From assembly GCA_010093815.1 (NCBI GenBank), contig ML996570.1: a stretch of 64,000 nucleotides of DNA; one strand, written 5' to 3'. Below the pieces are notes generated by a model that saw only the letters and a program-made list of their open reading frames with translations, was not told the DNA's origin and made no database searches. Source of the stretch: Pseudovirgaria hyperparasitica. Its lineage: Eukaryota. Made by a program: the position numbers and the translations under genes. Below, in pieces: positions 61,242 to 64,000 of the stretch (position 1 is the stretch's first letter; every line of letters starts with the position of its first letter).

Positions 61242-62705
61242 TGTGCCACTATCAGATATTACCAATCTTGCTGATGCGCCGGATCCTTAGAGTGAGCGAC
61301 GGGAATTCGTCCTGAGACCTGAGAGCAGAAAGGCCAGAATCCGGACGAAGCTGTACATAAGATTAAGAAAGAAAGCGTCCAACAGTCGAAAGGTAGCGAA
61401 GTATGTGGAATGGCTTCTTCATCTAAGGGGCTAGGCACCAAAGTATTGCGCAGTCATGGAGAGTTTGGGGATGCTGATTGCTGATGCTGATCCACCGACT
61501 CCGTGCCTCCCGGACGAATAACGGACGGGTAAAGTGCTCGACTATGCCAAACTCTTCCTTACTTGAGGAACATATGGGCTAATTATGTACACTGTTTTCA
61601 CTTGCTTCAAATCTGCTATAACATCCCTAGTCGGTCATTCACATTTCCCTCCCCACTGCTGCCAGTGTCGTAGACACTTTTGAGAAAACCTGAAGTGCGG
61701 TCTAGTATTGGTCCGACTCGGACTTCTCGCAGACACAGTCAAGCTAAACTAGATTGGGTAAGTATGCGAGAGATTCAAAGCTACGTAAGGTAAGCCTGCG
61801 AGGTGAAGTTGCAACTCATCCTGACTGATGTTGTATCAGCCAACGATCGAGTATCAAATGAGACGTCAAAGGATGCGGAAGCCTGATGCAGACCCTGCGA
61901 TACGTACCACGAGCTGAACAATAATGCCTCAGCATCCGCGTTTCCATCACACAACATGGACCAACAAGGGCGCGAAACACAATTCCGTCCGCCCTGTCGC
62001 CATCTCCAGACATGAGTCTGGGCCTGGAAGTTGGACGATACCAACAACAGGAAATCCCCGGCGTGAATTGTGAAGCAGTGAAGCCTGTATCAGCATTCAC
62101 CACGAACAACGGCTTCAGTATAGCACAAGCCAAGAAGCCACAAGATCATTTCACAATCCAAGAACACACAGCCGTCTGTCCCTGCATGCATATATTTACT
62201 GTCACTCGTTCGTATAGCATGCACCCATACGTAGTACCTTACAGTACGTACCCACTCAGCCGCAGCAGCGCAAGCCTCACACCAGGATCCAAAGTTGGAC
62301 CCACAAGGCAAAAAGACACGAACCCGACGAGCGAAGCCGAAACGAAGGCGTCAACCCGGCCGGACTGGTGGTAAGGCCACAAGGCTGTGAATGTCCCCCG
62401 GAGCCCCGCTGACGTACACACTCGCGGCGCAAGCCACCCGCTAATACCTATTCTTGCTCGCTCACATTCGTACTCACTTTCGCATTCGCACCACACAAAA
62501 CCAGCATCTCCACAGTATCCATCGACTCGCATTGTATCCGAGCACGAATTCGACGACGGCTTGTTATATATACACACTTCAAGTCCGCCGCAAGCCTCTA
62601 TCCATCTTCGCTCCTCTATCCATCGACGCAATCGTCAGCTACAAGAACATATATACCCACACGCACGTCACGTCACGTCACCCAATCCTCCACCCACACT
62701 CTCCA

Positions 62706-62889
62706 CCACCACAACCACCACAACCACCACAACCACCACAACCACCACAACCACCACAACCACCACAACCACCACAACCACCACAACCACCACAACCACN
62801 NNNNNNNNNNNNNNNNNNNNNNNNNNNNNNNNNNNNNNNNNNNNNNNCCACAACCACCACAACCACCACAACCACCACAACCACCACAA
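62706..62889. repeat. (CCACAACCA)n 9-bp tandem repeat spanning an assembly gap
   Basis: Perfect units on both sides of an N run. Confidence 0.95.
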
Positions 62890-63649
62890 TGGCAACAACA
62901 ACAACAACAGCAGCAACCCACCACACACCCTCCTCCTCCCCCCGCCGCCGCGCCCGCGCATCAGACCCCTTCCTCTCCCTCCCAATCACACCCCCACCCA
63001 CCTCCACAACAGACCAACCCACCACCGAAACCCCCAAACAAGCCCTGATCATAAAGGTATACCCCCCCTCCCATAACCAACCCCAAAGCTAACAACAACA
63101 AAAAGCTCCTCCTAACCCCCCTCCTAACAACAACCTTCATCCTCTCCCTCCTCTACACAAACACGCGCGACCGCACCATCCGCGCCTCCCACGCGCCCCA
63201 CGCCACAAAACCCCCTTCTCTCTTCTCCTCCATCTTCTCCTCCTCTTCCTCCTCGCTAGCGGCCGCAGAGCCGTACCAGCGACCGGCTGATTCGACGTGG
63301 GATGTTGATTCGACTGGCAGCGGGGATGATGGCAAAAAAGGCGGCGACGTGTGGGTGATGCGCAAGAAGCATCGCAAGATGGCACGGTTGCAGATTGGCG
63401 ATGCGTTGGAGGGGATGCGGGTTGTGGTGCGGGTGTTGGGCGTGCTTGGGTGTGCTGCGGTTGTTGTGCTTGGGGTTTGGGGGTGGGGGGTTTGGATGAG
63501 GTGGGGTTGAAAAGAGGTGATGGAGATGGGTGAGGATGGGGTACGGAATGGAATTGGATGGAAGGAATTCATGACCTGATGAGAGATGAGACGAGTGAAC
63601 GAAAAGCACTAAGGTACCGATGAAAGAGCATAGTTATAGTTGAAGAGAG

Positions 63650-63700
63650 AAGAAGAAGAAAAAGAAGAAGAAAAAGAAGAAGAAAAAGAAGAAGAAAAAA
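63650..63700. repeat. Polypurine (GAAGAAGAAAAA)n repeat
   Basis: About four 12-bp units. Confidence 0.85.
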
Positions 63701-64000
63701 CAAGCCTGCCTACTCCGACATTGCAAAGTCGGAAATAGCGGCTATTCTATGCAATATTTCCGCAAAAATACCTAGAACGCATGATGAAGGGCAACATGCG
63801 CTGCTACCTGTACAACATACATATATCTATACGCCCAAGTGGCAGAACAAACAACTCCAATGCAGAATATTACCCCGCGTTTTCCGTTGGTCCTTTAAAA
63901 CGCCGTGCTCATTCATGCAGGTACACACATATACACACAAACCTGTATGTGTATACTCAGGCAACTCTAGTCAAGCAACTCAAGTCAAGCATCTGAGACT

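Noticed and set aside
61710..61723. Palindrome GTCCGACTCGGAC and nearby CGG triplets as an autoregulatory Zn2Cys6 site
   Set aside because: Short and expected by chance; no independent support.
62387..63609. Several ORFs over the CCACAACCA repeat and the 139-aa ORF at 63153-63572
   Set aside because: Low-complexity, strongly skewed sequence with an assembly gap and no recognisable domain. A small gene cannot be excluded without RNA data.

Overview
Eukaryotic, intron-rich genomic DNA from a filamentous ascomycete (Pezizomycotina-type GT-AG introns of about 50-220 nt with CTRAC/CTAAY branch sites, Zn2Cys6 transcription factors, a RIP-like signature). About 25 protein-coding genes can be reconstructed by eye. 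Housekeeping genes include ADE16/17-type AICAR transformylase/IMP cyclohydrolase, eIF2-gamma, INSIG, a Ser/Thr kinase, a Na+/H+ antiporter, ATP11, a BAR-PH-ArfGAP, ERV2, a WD40-cyclophilin and MDM31. These are mixed with accessory genes: an FAD monooxygenase, an F-box-like/ankyrin protein, HsbA-like and CFEM-like surface proteins, an amino-acid permease, a DHA2 MFS pump, a TOXF-like aminotransferase and two Zn2Cys6 regulators. The best-supported unannotated element is an apparently full-length ~945-bp tRNA-headed SINE-like retroposon at 36877-37821. It has Pol III A/B boxes, an (ATT)n tail, a perfect 12-bp target-site duplication (TATAGAAGGGTA) and a TpA-rich, RIP-like body. A second unexplained signal is a kb-scale alternation of C/A-rich and G/T-rich blocks running through exons, introns and intergenic DNA in several regions. 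All gene identities come from motif recognition only; no searches were run.
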